Shown here: in pieces, positions 13,150 through 28,010 of the stretch
Layout: every line of letters begins with the position of its first letter
How positions within the stretch are numbered: the stretch's first letter is position 1
From: Halocafeteria seosinensis
Lineage: Eukaryota
DNA length: 64,000 bases
Direction: 5' to 3'
NCBI GenBank assembly: GCA_001687465.1
Contig: LVLI01000250.1
Span: 1-64,000, forward strand
Translations under genes and position numbers: made by a program
The notes under the pieces: generated by a model
The model's input: only the letters and a program-made list of their open reading frames with translations
Databases searched by the model: none
What the model was told of the DNA's origin: nothing

Positions 13150-16100
13150 TCACCTTCCGGTATTGACCCCATTAAAGCCAAATATACCTTTCATGGTGTG
13201 GCGAAGCTGACTCTCCAGTTCGGACAGTTTCGCAAGGCTATCTTCGTTTGATAGGTTCGATTTCACAGAGTACAATAAGGCGTGCTTCAGCTGAAAAGGG
13301 TGCGCAGCAGTGCTGGTTGCCAGCGCTAAGCTTCTATAGCCGTCCACAGAAAACATCACCTGGGGTCCATGCAGTGGTTGTGAGCGTCCAGGAAACAACC
13401 GCTGCTCCGTTGCATACGGAAAGGACGAAGATAGCGTCAGTACACAAGAAGGATCCTTGGGCAGTGCATTCTCAAGGGCGGCAATTTTGGTGTCAAAATG
13501 TTCCATGGAAATGGTCTCCGATATATTGCCACAATACGTTGTGTAGGCTTGTCGCACCAACCGGTTCAACCACTGGCGAGCATTTTTCGCCCAAGCTTGC
13601 AAAGACCATTTTGCCAGAACTTCGTTTACAGCAGACCGGGCAAACAGGAACCGGTCTACAGGAAAGCGAGACATCTCTTTCAAACGCTGATCAATCCCTC
13701 CAGCTGTTAGTTCGTCCACAAAATACGTCGTGGATCCGGGTGGCGCCACAAGTTGATGTAGAAGATTGTAAGTCTCGTCATCGACATCCTGTACTTCTTC
13801 AATCAGGTTTTCATAGCGTCGATGGTCGAGATTTTTCACTGTTTTCGTCGCGTACACTGCAAAGCCACACGGGTCCATCGAGGAGGCTTTGGACGCTGTC
13901 TCTGGAAGGATAGCCAAGACTTCGTTATGGATAACCCGAAACGCTTTAGCTGCGCTAGAATCTGTGGTGACTCCGAAGTCGATTTCCTTCCGTAGGTGGC
14001 GCAGAACAACTCGAATAATTTCACGTAGCAAAGATGCAAGCACAAACGTCGTCTCATTAATTCCGTCAGCAAAAGTAGCAAATCCTTCCGCAAAACACGT
14101 TAAAACATATATGTAGTCTTTGAGCATGGTTCTCGGCTTTCCAGAGCCTCTGTGTTTGCGCAGGACATCTAACACAGCCTTTAGCTGAGCAGCGGTTGCT
14201 TGGAATGGCTTCTTTTGAAGGAACCACTTGGCTAGACAGTGACTGTCCACAATGGTATCCGCATCTACTTCTTTCCTCGCATCTTCAAGACAATCCGTAA
14301 ACCCATCATCGGAAGCACGCCCATAGTGACTGGAGGGAGACGCCGATAGACCGTTCAGTTCCATTCCATTGCTATTTTGAGACCCAGTAGCTTCATCGAA
14401 GCGGACAATTTTGCCTGGACTGCCAGGCGAAGTCGATCGTGAAATTGACTCTTGGAAGCGAATAAACAAAGCAGACAGACTTGGTGACATTATCGAGAAG
14501 ACACGATCAGAAAGGAACCTCTCATTGGAAGAAAATCCCACTGTAGTCGGATAGTACGTAATAGGCACACCAGATTCAGTGTAGACCTGGTCTGCACCCG
14601 CAGTATACATCTCTCCGATCGCGCCCCATGCGACGCTTTCGCCAGATGGTAACATACAGCAAGAGTGCCTCCAGCCACATGAAAGAAGCCTTCTAATACT
14701 TTTCGGGGAAGATGCTCTGATATACTGACTCATTTGTATAGTCAGAGATCCGTTGGTGCTGGCTAATTGGGCTGCTTCAAAATGGAAGACCAATGACGGG
14801 CGTTTAACCACAGCGTAACGCTCGGGGTCGAATCCACATTGGCCGTAGTGGTTATCCCCTAAGCTCCACACGGAGTAAGAATCCGACATGAGTAAAATAT
14901 GTTTGCTACCTGCACATATCTCAAAAATTCTTTCCATCGTCTGTTCGTTCGAAACATCATTTGTGAGTGTCTCCCATTGCGAGACTTCGTCTTCCGCAAA
15001 CCGTGGCCAAATTTGCACAGTGTTTAAACCGTTACTGTTGTTTCGGCGAAGACATGGAAAGTATTCTCCGGAATGCTGACTACCCCAGACAAACACCTGC
15101 TTTTTAGCCGTCAGAGCCACAGTAAAATCCCATCCACATGATACCTGACTAACAGGATTATCGCGGAACTGATCTACAAGGAAAGGAGACACACCTCTAG
15201 TCCCCTCGTTTCCCAGTCCACAAGCATCACGATTCCCCCAGCAATACACATCTCCCTCTTTTGTTCGAGCAACACAATGCCTAGAGCCGGAGCTAATCTC
15301 TGTTACGACCCGTTTAGATAATCGCGGTATTGCCCGCGGTACGGCTGAATAGGATCCTGCTTCCGAAGTTCCTAACTGACAAAACCGATTGCTTCCCCAT
15401 CCAACTACCACCCCGTTTGTGCTCAGTGCTATAGTATGTTCCGTACCAGTGGCAATATCTGAAAATCTAAGGATGCCATCCTTGAGCACGTTACGCACAT
15501 GAGGAACGTGTTTGTCATCAATGACGACTTCCTTCGTGAAGTTAATGATTACACCTTTTCGTGAGAAAACTCCACATTGGCCCCAGTCATTGATTCCAAA
15601 CGAATAAATTCGTCCATATGTATCTAATATGATTGAGTGGTAGGATCCAGAGCATATCTTCTCAATAGACCCGGCTTCCTTATGTAACTGCTTTTCTTTC
15701 AACGAAATGACTGAAGTCCATCCTTGGGGATAGGAAGCGTTTACGTCAGTAAATACATCAATAAAAGGACACTGAAGGAAAATCTTCAAACCACCCACAC
15801 TTTTGTTTTGCTGAAACGTAGGGCTGCTGGACCTTAGTTCCTTCATAAAAAACCGTTCAGGGTCACTGTCCTGCTCAACGTTGTAGTAAAATCTTCGCCT
15901 CTTGGCATTTTGGCTATTAAAAGCAACACGAGCTTTATTTTCCCTTTGCTGAAGTTTCCTTATACGGAGGAGGTTGACACTCAATGCTATGTCTTCTTTG
16001 CTAGAGATCATCTGGGACCTGAGCAACGATAGTTTCAAGAAATGTTTGATATCCTTGGCTGCCTTCATTGCGCCCAATCTCCCTTTATACAAAAACGACG

Positions 16101-19100
16101 TACGAATCCATCTTTGCAAAGTGATACAGCGATCCCTAATTTCAGAAAACCATCGTTGACATATTTTTCTTCTTATATGCGCTTGAAGTCGGATCAATCG
16201 GACATTGCTCAACCGTGCCGCCAAACGCCGGCGTAGAACATCCATTAACAGGCGATGCGAATTTCGAAACCACTCCCCTCTCCAAAAGGCCTGTATTAAT
16301 AGAGCACAACGAAGACGACGCCATTGAGTTTTTTTCTCCCTAAAGAATTTGGAGATAGCTTCAGATATGGTTACAGCTGCCCTGTATCGCCTGAGGTGCT
16401 CATGACGGAGGTATTTTCCTAGAGCCAACGCGTGAAAACGACGGAGCAATATACGATTGCATGCAAACCTTCTACTATTTTTATGCGTTAGGTACCTACT
16501 CTTGATGCTAGCGACTGCTCGTCTCAGACGAAGATAGCGACGTCGCACTTGATAGCCAAGGTAGCTAGCTTCGATAATGGCCACCGCATCCCGCAATAGC
16601 AGGAATCTATGCTGGCACCTCCACTGACGGAAGGTTGCTTGCAAAAGAACAACACTCCTCAGCATTCGCAGGAAATATCGCCTTTCCGCCCAAGCCCGCA
16701 TGCGGTGTTGCAGTGCTACAGCGGATTCATCCATTTGCCTGTAGCGAAGTAAAGGCTTAACATGACATGCTTAGATCATGCAGTACTAACGGATGTGAGT
16801 AACTTACCGAAATTTCCAACGTTTAAGAAGTTCTAGCAAAAACAGGATCTCTGGCTCTATCTGGACGACGTTGTCATCATAAGTTAGTCTTTGCGATAAC
16901 TCCACTCCGCGTAAAATGTCTTTGTATGAATCGAGAACCGTTTGTAAGATGGAGATAACTCCTTCTTTTCCGGGCTGCTCTACAGACATACTCACTACAC
17001 CAAAAATTGAAAACCGTTGGACAAAATCAGCTACCGGGAGGGATATCCTATTAGAACGAAATCGAAGTTGTACAGATAGTGAACTGCTCTTTAGTTGGCG
17101 CTGAATCAATGAAAAATCAAGTTGGTGAGTCTGTTCTGTCCCCCCAATGGTCACGTTGTGTACTAGAAAGTTAAACAGCCGGAGCCGTTCCCCAGTACTG
17201 CCTCTTTGATAATTGTGAAGAGCCACAGGTTTTCGGTGATGTGCGCCCGTAGGCCTGATGCAATGCACAACCGAAATGTCGGGCTTAGGCAAATTCAAGT
17301 TATCCAGTGCCTCAGCCAGCTGGTTCTGCCATGGGATTCCGGAGAATGACTGTCCCCCGGAAACGTTCTTCTCCTCCTTGAGACCCAAAAGAGATCGAAT
17401 TTGATCACGTATTTGTGCATCTCCAGGTTGTTCCAAAATCTGAGACAGGGGATACTTCGCTTTACCAATACTATGCTTAACCCATAGCGAATATCCAAGG
17501 TTTCGAGAGGTTTCCCTGGTTAGATCTGTGAAGAGCACATCTTTGTGAATGTTCGTTATCCCGCTAATCTTCCTGTTAAGCTGATCCACACCTTTAGGAC
17601 GCCGCGTTTGCAACGTGTCCAAAAGATGCAGAAGTCCTTCAGTGCGATCGTATGCCTCGGCGATTTTCGTCGGGCTGTAAATACCTGACAAGATATCTGT
17701 GACCTCGTTCTCCGAGATATCCATGTTCTGAAGCAAGTCTTCTAAGTCCTCCGGCGCAGCGCTGATACGTCGATGTTCTAATTCCCGAAGGCGTTCTGCG
17801 CAGTAGTTGGACGCCGCACGAGCGTTGACCCCACATGGCCAGTACTGGTCTATGTGACGCGTCAGCTCCCCTATATAAGGACTTGGTGGATCTTCTACAT
17901 GCAATGAATTGACTAGGCATCCTTTCTCTCCTACTGTGTCAACTATCTTCAAACTCAGGTAGTCTGCATCCTTCGTCAGATGGGGGGGAGGAGCGAAACA
18001 ACCATTCAAGTTTGTGGTCAAGAAATTCCAAACCACCTCATACAAAACATCGACCAAATCCCAAATACGGCGTTGCACAGTGTATAAAGACACATTGAAG
18101 TCGTCAGAAGCACCAGAACTTTCTTTTGAATGGAGAAGGATGTTCGTCAGCGTATCAGGAGTCAAAGCTAATAGTTGCGCTGCATCTCTCAGTCGTCGTT
18201 CAGGACGGAAGCTAATCTGACTGATCTTGACCAGGTCATTGCCATGGTTTGTGGTACCACCCGTGCTCTTTGATATTACGTATAAATCTGCAAGGGCTAC
18301 TATCGCAGACAACAGCTGCTTCAACTCTATCACTTTCTTCGGTTCGAATCCAATATCACCAAACGCTTTCATGAGCAGTTCATATTGTTTGCTCCAACTG
18401 TCGTGCGCTTCTTGGGTAAAACTAGTCGCTTTGGCGATGTCGATATTTAACCGCCTCCACTGGATGTCAGATTCGTTGACACCGGTAAGGATGGTAGCGT
18501 CTAAGGGGCTCGATGGAAGCCGAAGCTTGGAGCGGTCGTTCTTAGACGCCCCTGCCAGCAGCCAGTAGAATACCTGATACGTACTCTCCGCGGATAACAA
18601 TGCGTTCAAGAAGATAGCCGTTTCCTCCGCATCACAACTTTTACTGTCACTACTTTGAGCTGCATCGGCGCGTGGGCCGCTTTTATCGCAGAACTTCTTG
18701 CAAGCATAGCTTAGTCGAGCAGCGATGGAGGGTCTGTTGAAGTCACACATTGCCGTATTGAGGCCCATTCCAAGCAACTTCTCGCATTCATCCCCTAAAT
18801 CTCGCGAAGCGACAAAGATATCGTACACAATTGTCATCCTCGAAGACTTCGGAGATTCCATCGAAGAACATGAGCTGAAAGGCTCTACGACTACTGGAGA
18901 TCCTAACATCTTAAATTCCATCGAACTAGTATCAAGCGGTAGAGACGAGTCTTTCCTCGAATGAATGCTTAGAGGAATGTGGATCTTGCGATGCGCAGGT
19001 TCAGGCTCGAAACTGGGTTTTCCCACCGTTTCGCTTTCAAGGCATCTAAACTCTTCGGGAAACCTTTGAGGGATATTTAGCTGGTGCAGCCTTGACGCTA

Positions 19101-20274
19101 GTTGAGTTATACCTGTTTCTTGAAGCTCGATAACATCCGGATCGTTTTGGTTTTCATCAGGGCGAAAGCCAAAATAATCGTGTTGTCTCAAAAACTTGTC
19201 GATAGGCGGAACATGGCATATATATGATATCAAATTCTTCATTCGGTCACTCTTCCCTGAACCGGTTGTACCTGTGAGCAAAATTGCCTGGGAACGTTGA
19301 GTAGAGCGGAGTCGGAACAGTGCCCGCTCAGCAACTAGGAAGATATGCGGCTCCTTCAACGGACCAAACCCACGTTCCGTAGAAACTTCCGAGACACTCG
19401 CCCACTCGAGGGCTTTGTGAGGGTTCAGACGTAACCGCGCCATCACCATGCACTCAGGGCCATGTAGTGGCCATCTCAGAGTTCTATTTCCAGGAGTGGG
19501 TCCTCGAATAGAAATCAGGTCCCGACCAGTGGATGTATATCCATAGCCTTGTTTGAACCTTTCCGTAACCGTCAACAGGACTTCCGGAGAAGACGGGTCA
19601 AGCAGATACGATAAGTTATGATTCCAAAGTTGCTGCATTTGCATTGATGGGACGTCCATCGTGGGATTATCTTTGTCAAACATTGCGCTCATAAAGCTGT
19701 AGCGAACGGAGTCTGTTGTGCTAGCAGGCACAATGCCGTGAGCCTTACACAAGGAGCGGAGCTTCACCTGCACGATTCGCTCCGCTTGCATTTGCATGCC
19801 TTCGAACAATTTTTGTAGAGAACCAAATGGTTGTGCATCCACAAGCCGTACAAAAGCCACGCTATCATCGATGTTCTCAGCACCGAGGATGTTGGAATTT
19901 GAGTCCACTCCCGGTAGTATTCCTTCGTTGAGAGGGGCAAGTTTGACGACCGTGCCCAAGTAAAATGGTGCGGCTGCGTTCGCTTCTTCCAATTCAGTGA
20001 GTAGTTTGTCGGAAGGAATTCTGTACTTGGAGTAAAAAAATTCAACGATATCTTCCAGATACACCCAGACAGAAGACTTCACCCTAATTTTCCCCGATGA
20101 CGCTGAGGGCGACCCATTGCCCACTTTGCTCGAAGAGCTCGGAGATGATGCCACATTGGGGGACCGCGATCTACCTCTCTGGTACAAGGAAAACCGAGGG
20201 GAAGGCGAACGATCCCCTCCTCCTCCTCCTCCTCCTCCAAGAGATGCTCTGATTGAAGAAAGTCCTGAACTCAT
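13150..20274 (-). CDS. Highly divergent myosin-like protein: degenerate motor domain, about 8-9 IQ-like motifs, RCC1 repeats and C-terminal tail
   Basis: Motor relics EPHIFLVAERA, QAILLTGTTGSGKS, VEPF...KSSR, YQVFYWLLAG and VHCIRP. IQ-like LQATFRQW, IQAFWRG and LQAHIRR. RCC1 repeats CSGSYHS...FGINDWGQCG, ATGTEHT...WGSNRFCQLG and SSGSRHC. A single intron at about 16739-16807 joins the two long ORFs in frame. Confidence 0.85.
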
Positions 20275-20891
20275 TTTGACTTTTTTTGGATCCACAGTGG
20301 AGATTAACCACCTACTCGCTGCAGCAAACTCCCCGTGCAGTCAAAGACAGAGGATTTATATGATAGGTACCAGCTTGAGAAAAGACCGCCAACACAATTC
20401 CACAGGCGAGCCGTATCCAGGCAAGGATTCTTTTCTCTCCCTCCTACCACTATCGTCTAGTCTCTGTCCAAAAACACCCCAGACAGCAAATTCAATACCG
20501 ATCCCAGAGATGAAACAACACCAACAACCAGCCGGTCTTGCTGCAAAGGGGGCATTTAAAGCCCTTGGACCAAGTTGCGACGAACTTGTTCTAACGGACA
20601 AGTTGCCGGTCGCAAGTGGTGACCTTGTCCTTGCTTGTTGCGCAGAAAGCGTCTACGAAGGGAAACGGGACAATACCATAACTTATCGTCGTTTGTCGTT
20701 GTGGGACAACTCATGTGATTCATACGAAACATGGAAAGTATTTAGATGGTGAAACGCTGCCTTCAAACCGGAAGTGGAATCGCAGGTGTTGGACGAAACG
20801 CGGGTGTGCCACAACGCTGTACGCCGAAGGCGAACAATTTAAACATTACTGTATATTACGTTGCTCTCAACTTAGACAACAAGTAGCCCTA

Positions 20892-23800
20892 CTATTCCAG
20901 TTCAGCAGGGTGCAGGCGCCCTGTATAATGATACCCTCCTTCTTCCCCCCCAAAGTCGTCAAACTGTCCATGGCTTCCAATGCCACGCTCCCCAAAATCG
21001 GAGCCGCGATTTCTATTTTTATTCATTAAAACGTCAGCGGACCATGGCGGCGAGAAATGGTTGCTATCATGTCCACCGATTGATTCCGTGGACCGCACAG
21101 CTGCAGTTGTCCGGCGACCAAATGCCTTGCTGTCGTCGTTTGAGGCACTGGCGGTATCTACCCAACTTCCGATGGAATCAAATTGGTCCCTGATATTAGT
21201 TATTTTGCTCTCGTATAACTGCTTTCTAGCAGATGATAGCTGCTGTGAAAGCTTTATGTTACTCTTACGTACAGATTGGATCCCTGAGCGCAGTTTTTCC
21301 ACTTCCAACTCTAGAATCTGACAGTTGCTCTTATACTCACTCAATTCCATTTTGGCCTGTAAACAAAAAAACGAAAGTTTGCCGGGATAGTCTGAGCCTA
21401 AGTTAGAGAAACATAAATTTACTAATAAAACCAAAACCTTACATTTCCAAGATCAGCTTGAAGTTCTGAAACCGACTCGGACCTTTCCTCTAGTTTTCTC
21501 TCCAAGGAGCTAATATTGCCTTGTAGTTCAGAGCGACGCTCTTCCTGTTGTCGCTCAAGCTTATCCTTTTCTCTTTTAAGCGCATTGTAGTCCTGCTCAA
21601 AACTTTGCACAGAGCGCTCCGCCGTGTGTTTGTCTCTCTCCACGTTGTCTAGCTGTGATTCTAAGTTTTCTACCCGTTTCGACAACCAGTGTTTCGAGGT
21701 TTCGGTAGATGAAATTTCATCTCTCAAGCTTACTACTCTTTCGTGAAGTTGCTCATTAAATGTGCTGGGCTCTTCATCAATATCTATTTTTCCTAGGTTT
21801 AGGACGTAGTGCAGCTTCTCCGCAAGCGAGTTGAGTTTCGTTTTGTAAGGACGCAACTCTTCACACTCCTTCAAATATTTCCATTTTTCACCTTCTTCCT
21901 TCTCTTTCATGGCAACGGCTTTTGATAGTTGGGATGAGACATCTTCATACTGTCGTAGTAGCCTCTCATACGAGCTTTGAGTATTCTTTACATTTTCATC
22001 TAGTGCTTGTATGCTCTGCCGAGCGTCATCGTAAAAATCTGGGGTGTCCGTAGAAATTCCGATGCAATATCCCATATCTTGTAACATAGTGAGCAGATGA
22101 CGGAACTTTTCTTCCTGAGACCTTTTCTCATCTTCCCGCGTTTTTAGTTCTTCTTTGGTTGTAGAGAACTCGCGTAGGTGCTGCTGCAGACGTCCGGTCT
22201 CACTACGAATTATTTCGTTAAACGATGCGGATTCCTGGCTTGATTGAGCGCCCTTAAACCAGCCAGCACTATTTAGTTCCTGCAATATAAAGCTCAATCT
22301 CTCTTTCAACGACGACTTCTCCTTCTCCATATGGGATATCTTATCATAGGCTTCTTTGCTCGTCTGCAATTCCGTCTGTAGATCTTTGAGACTATCCTTT
22401 ATGCAGTTAAAGAAATGGGCATCACTGGAATAACTGATCTGAACTCCAAGCTCTTCTAGTTGGCTAATAACGAACTTCAATTTTGCTTCGCAAGCCTGCT
22501 TCTCTTTCTCAGTAGATTCCTTCTCGTTCTTTAGCTTGGCGATATCATGCTGTAGATTCTCGACTTCTTCCACAGATTTAGAGCGATACGAATCGAGCTC
22601 CAATTTTTGATGGTCTCGTTCAGAAGCAATGCGATCCACCTCACTTTGTGCAGCATCACGAGCTTCCTTCAATCCACGCACCATTTCAGACTGAGTCGTC
22701 AAATGGTTAAGGATTTCTGGAACAAAGTGGTTGTTCATACTGTCCCGAACGCTCTTCAATTCGCTTTCGATAGCCGTGCGGTCCACTTTCAGTTTCTGCA
22801 ATCCAGAACGGACGTCCTGGCAACTGGAGACAAAGTGCTCTTCAATGCATCTCAAGTGCCCCTCTGCATCTCTTCGAAAGTGCTGGACATCTTCCTCCCT
22901 TTTTTTGAGAGCTTCTCGATATTCCTGAGCCTCCCATTTATACGATTCAATATTATCTTCTAGAGATCTTTGCCTTTGAATCATGTCTTCGCACTGCTGT
23001 AATAATTCCATAAGTTCTTTCTCCCGTTCCTCCAAATCTTTAGATAGTGAATGGATTCTCGCTATGGCTCTGCAATTCTGCATGCGTGAGTCTTCCTCCT
23101 CCATACATTTCCGTTCCAAGGATAATTGCTGCGTTATCGCGGATGAACGAGTTTCTTGGGAAGACGCTAGCTCATCAATAGTATCATTTAACCTGCAGTG
23201 CATCGATGCGTTATGCACTGTCGTTGGATACGTGCGGATATCCAAGCAAACTACTTCCTTTCTTACCATGACTCCAATTCACTCCGGCGATTTTGCTCGG
23301 ACTTAAGTTCCTCTGTTTTTGTCTTTATAGTCTCGTCTTGCTCGTTGATCTGCAAGCATAATAGCGTATCGCTATTTTTCTTGCTTCCAGAGCCTCTGGG
23401 AACTCACCTTCTCCTGCAACTCCTCCGCTCGTCGTTCGGCCGCACTCTTTTCGTGCTCACTTTGGGTGAGCTTCTGGCGCATATCAGAAATCTGCAGTAA
23501 AAGTAATCGTGTACTACTTGAGCAATAAACGGCTATCGCAACCTCTCCGTACTTCCTCTTGGTGCTTCGCTAACATATCTTGAAAATTTTGACTTGAAGA
23601 TGCACTCTCTTGTTCTTTAGAAGTCAACCTCTCGTTCGTGCGTGACAAGCGATAGTTTTCATTTTCGATCTCTGAATATGATGCTGTGGTCATTCACACA
23701 TCGAACAAAGTAAACACTGATCAATGGGAGAAGGAGAAAAAGACGACATACTACGCAGGTTGTCAAGCTGCTCCCGGGTCTCTCTCAATCGCTGCTCAAG

Positions 23801-26800
23801 AGTCTCTGCACGGTACTCCACAGACTCTGATGCCGCTTTGGTTGCTTGGATTTCTTCGTGTAAATCCTCGATTTCAGCGTCCTTGTAACCAAGTTGGTTC
23901 TTTAGCAGACGAACCTCTTCCCAGGCCTGGTCTCTCTCCTCTCTGAGAGCATCAATTTGATGAGTCTGTTCGGATGCCTCGGAGTAAAATTCTGTATAAG
24001 TTGAATTCGCCTGTTCTAGCCTCCTTTCCAGGTGTTGGATTTTCATTTTATCTGCAAGAAGTGTATGATAAGGAACGCCTGAGCGCTACCACATAAAGCA
24101 CAACATACTGGATTCCCTTTCACTGGTTAGATTTCCTCTAAGCCTGCGTACTTCAGCTTCGAATTCCGTCCGAGCAGCGTTTGTGCGAGATAGTTGAGAT
24201 TTTGTTTGTTCTAGATCCCTGCGAAGTTCTTCGATAGTCCTTTCCTGGAATTGACAACGTTTTTCAAGTGTCCTACGCTGTTCTCCAACAACCGCCGTTT
24301 CTGCTGAAAATTCTTCTCCCCGGTATTTCCACTCCAACAGTTCTCGAGCTATTGATCGATTCTCCTCAGAAATTAGCTGTTTTCTCTCCATTTCTCGTTG
24401 CAAGCAGTCCCACTGATACATAGCAAAGTCGCATATTTTATTTAACTGAGATATAAATCCTCTTGGAGATATCGTATTCAACGGGCCATCCCAATTTTCG
24501 AACCCAGTGCGATCTATAAGTTTCAGACAGTCAGTTATTTTGCTTTCCGAAAGAGGACAGTCGTGTTCAATGTGTTGATCGTGTGTCATAGAAGATACGT
24601 CCTCTTGAATGCCCTCCACCTCGGAATCCGAAGAGCCATCACTAACGCTACTTGGGCTGCGAACGGTTGAACTTGCGTGCTGGGACATGAGAACGCTCAT
24701 TTTCCGTGAAAGCTGCTTTGCTAGTCCAGGAATTCTGCACCACGATGCACGATAAAGGTCACAAATACGGGGATGCTTGGGAAACTTGCGTTTACTAAAT
24801 ACGTACAGGTTGAATAGTTCCATCTCCCCTTCATCAGGAGATAACTGCCTCATCCCCAACGATACAAGTATACGGACTACGCTGGGAGCGTGTTGCAGGC
24901 ATCCAATGGCCTGGCAAGCCCCTAAGATACACCTGTATAGGCAGTTATTGTTCGCTTCAAACTCGCGTCTGGACGCAGATTCTTCCTCTAATTGGCGCTC
25001 CAGCTGTATTTAGATAAGAGCATGATGCAACTAGAACCGGACAATTCATCCCGACTAAGTGACGTACACTATGTTGGCGTTCATCTTGAATGTCTTTCAT
25101 TCGAGAAATTAGCTCTTCAGCCGTGACGACTTCTCCATCTGGAGGAACACCATATAGTCGAATATCATAGCTAGCTCTCTCAAGCATCTGATCAGACAGA
25201 GTTCCTACCGGCTGTCATGAGTTGGCCTCCCCGGGCCTCCAGGAGTGAAGCTTTTAGGCTAGCAATTTCTCGCTTGTAAGCTTCAATCTGACCCGCCTTA
25301 TCAGAGATCTGCGGAATACCATCTCCCAGATGCATTACATCAGAAGCAGCCTGACGTCCAGTTTGCACACAACTACGTACCTCGTTAATGTGGGCGCGAT
25401 TGACAACCTTTTGCGCTCTGCTTGCAAAATGCAGGGTACTCCTCGTTTCGCTTCGATTCCAACCAGCGGGAGATATTGTACAAATGACTGCAGTTTTAGC
25501 ATTTCCTCCTGCAAGACACGAAATAAGAAACGAGGAGACCAAAAATGATGCAACTCATATTTGCCCACAACAATCAGGACATATGACAAACAAACTTACC
25601 TAGTGAAGACGAAAGCAGACGGGTCAGCTTGCTATCTCGATAGGGGATGTGCTCTCTTCCTTGACCTAATTTGCTTATTACCGTCCCCAATGTTAGCAAG
25701 CTAGCATTAATTCTGCCTGACTCCTTGAGTAGCGTGCCGGTAGGTCTCGTCTTGGAAACGCGTTCGGACCCTGCCAAATCCACAAGATTCAGACAACTCA
25801 CCCTTACAGAGCGAGGGCTCTTGCCGGGTGATCTTTTCATATTTCGCCAACTGCATTTCGAAGGCGGGGTGTAGGAAAAAGATGAAGCGTCGAAGCCACC
25901 ACCTGGGGCCGTATTAACACGACGAAGAGAAGTCTTGTTGCTGCTTGTTTGCTCCTTTGATTCATCCTCTGGATCCCAGCTTTCTATGACCATCTGCGAT
26001 CGAGAGTCGGAATCTAAGAGACCCTATAAATAGCATCTCTAAGTCATGCTCTTACTCTGAATAGCGTATGACTACGACTGCTATTCTCGTTTAGGTGAGT
26101 AAATGCTACTTTTCGATTTCGTTCTCCAATGTCCAGTAATTCAATCACCCTAGATGGTGAGACAACAACTTCCTCCGTCAGTCCCTTGACTTGAGGCCCT
26201 GCAAAAGGAGAGGTAATTCGCTTGCCCGTATCACGGTTAGGTACAATACGAAATATCCCGCACCTGTGATAGGATGATCCACTATCTTTAAATTTCCAGC
26301 ATTGGGATTTAGCAAATCCTTGAGCTCCTCGTTATATATTTCTACATAAGAGACTCTAACCTGCTCGACTCGCATCACTTGTTATGGAAGGGCAGTTTCC
26401 GGACAGTAACGACCCAAGCAACATACCTCAAAGCAACGATTAGCTTTTGATTGCTCAATGGACCGGAATACATCATGAACGGCCAGCACCGTCATACCCG
26501 GGGCCTCTGCGGTTCCCATTAATGTGTACGTTTTCCCCGAACTTGTCTGACCATAGGCAAAGATCGTGCCATTGTATCCCTCTAGTGTAGCATCAACAAT
26601 AGGAACTCCCATGGTTTCATAAACCTGAATATACATGTAAAAAACGAAACAATGCACTTTATATACTCGTGTATTCCGACCAACGAAACTCTTACATTTA
26701 GAGTCTCCGTTGACGGAGGGTAAACGTGATCGTATATGTATTCCTTTGGGCGTAACTGACCTGCTTCTGGCCTCTCGAAAATTCGGTTAGGAGGCTCGTA

Positions 26801-27567
26801 TTCCCAAACATCGTCTTCTCCCATGTTTAACTCCTGCGGAACATAACAGACCAGGGGTCGTACGGTTCAATCATACAAGGCAATGGCAGCAAACGTACCA
26901 TTTCACTTAGAGGGCGACTTCGAATGCCCACAACAATATTTGTGCGCTCTCTTTGCTTATTTCCGGTACTGAAAGGGGTAAGCGGTCGCGATCGAGCAAG
27001 GGATGTTTGGGGACTTTCTTCGTGGTCATTCCAACCTTGATGTGGTCTCATCGTCGCATACGATTTTGACATGGGAGAGACCGAAGTCATAGACGAAAGC
27101 GGCGAGTCCACATGAACGCTTTCGTATCGCTGATGTCTGGTAGCGCTTGTATCGGGACTGCTATGCTGCGAGTGTGGCTCTCGCCGCCTATCTTGTAGCT
27201 CTGTTTCTCCGACAGCATTGGACACGTTAGGTCGTTGCGTCTCAAACGGGGAACTGGGTTGAGAGTAGTCTTCCTCTTTTCCACTACTCGTAGGCTCCTC
27301 CTCGTCTTCTTGATCGACTTCATGAATGGTACTATGCCGTTGCTCCTGGGAAAACGCCGTGCTTGTCTCTGAATCGCTCTCATCTCCTTCCTCAATAACT
27401 CGACTAGCGACTTCCGAGAAGCTTTCCGTCGAGTGCATGCTTCTATAGAGGCTCTCCTGCGCGGAACGAGCGTCACCACTATCACTGGTAGACGCGTATG
27501 AAGTGTCCTCAGATGCGTCATCGTCGTAGTAATGAGCACGGCGTCGATTATTACGAGGAGCTTGCAT
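20892..27567 (-). CDS. Kinesin-7 (CENP-E-like) motor with about 220-aa acidic N-terminal extension and long coiled-coil stalk
   Basis: [54 protein letters not shown] and [15 protein letters not shown] traced an in-frame splice path from the motor exons into the 24859-24086 ORF; the downstream coiled-coil ORFs are taken as the same gene. Confidence 0.85.
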
Positions 27568-28010
27568 ATTCACCGCTCAAACAATGCTCGATGTTTCTCT
27601 TCCCTCGGTCCTGCTGCCATTCATAAAGGTTCTCACCTCCTTTGCTACAGAGGAAACGCTGTGACAATCCGACCGAACCGAGAGATATCTATGCTCTTGG
27701 ACAGCCTGTATAGACCCTATGGCGCTACAAGACACGTTCCGGCGGTCGCGTGAAGTTGAAGTTGTGCCATTTGTTCATTCAGTAGTCCATTCATAGCAAT
27801 TGAGCGGTTTTGATCCGTTTCATATATTTCTGTCTTAATTGTGATTCAGTATTGGGTTGGAAGCAATCAGGTTGGTCGACTGTGGGGAGAGAAAACGAAG
27901 GAGGAAGTGGTAGCGATCTGACCGTTAACCCCGTTATACGCCCTCTTGTACTGTGATACTGGTATAAACAGCATACGGTGAGGAAGAACACAGGAGCAAA
28001 GGAAGATATA

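Noticed and set aside
20117..20752. 211-aa plus-strand ORF with poly-Pro
   Set aside because: The poly-Pro is the antisense of the myosin-like gene's poly-Gly; non-ATG start and no domain.
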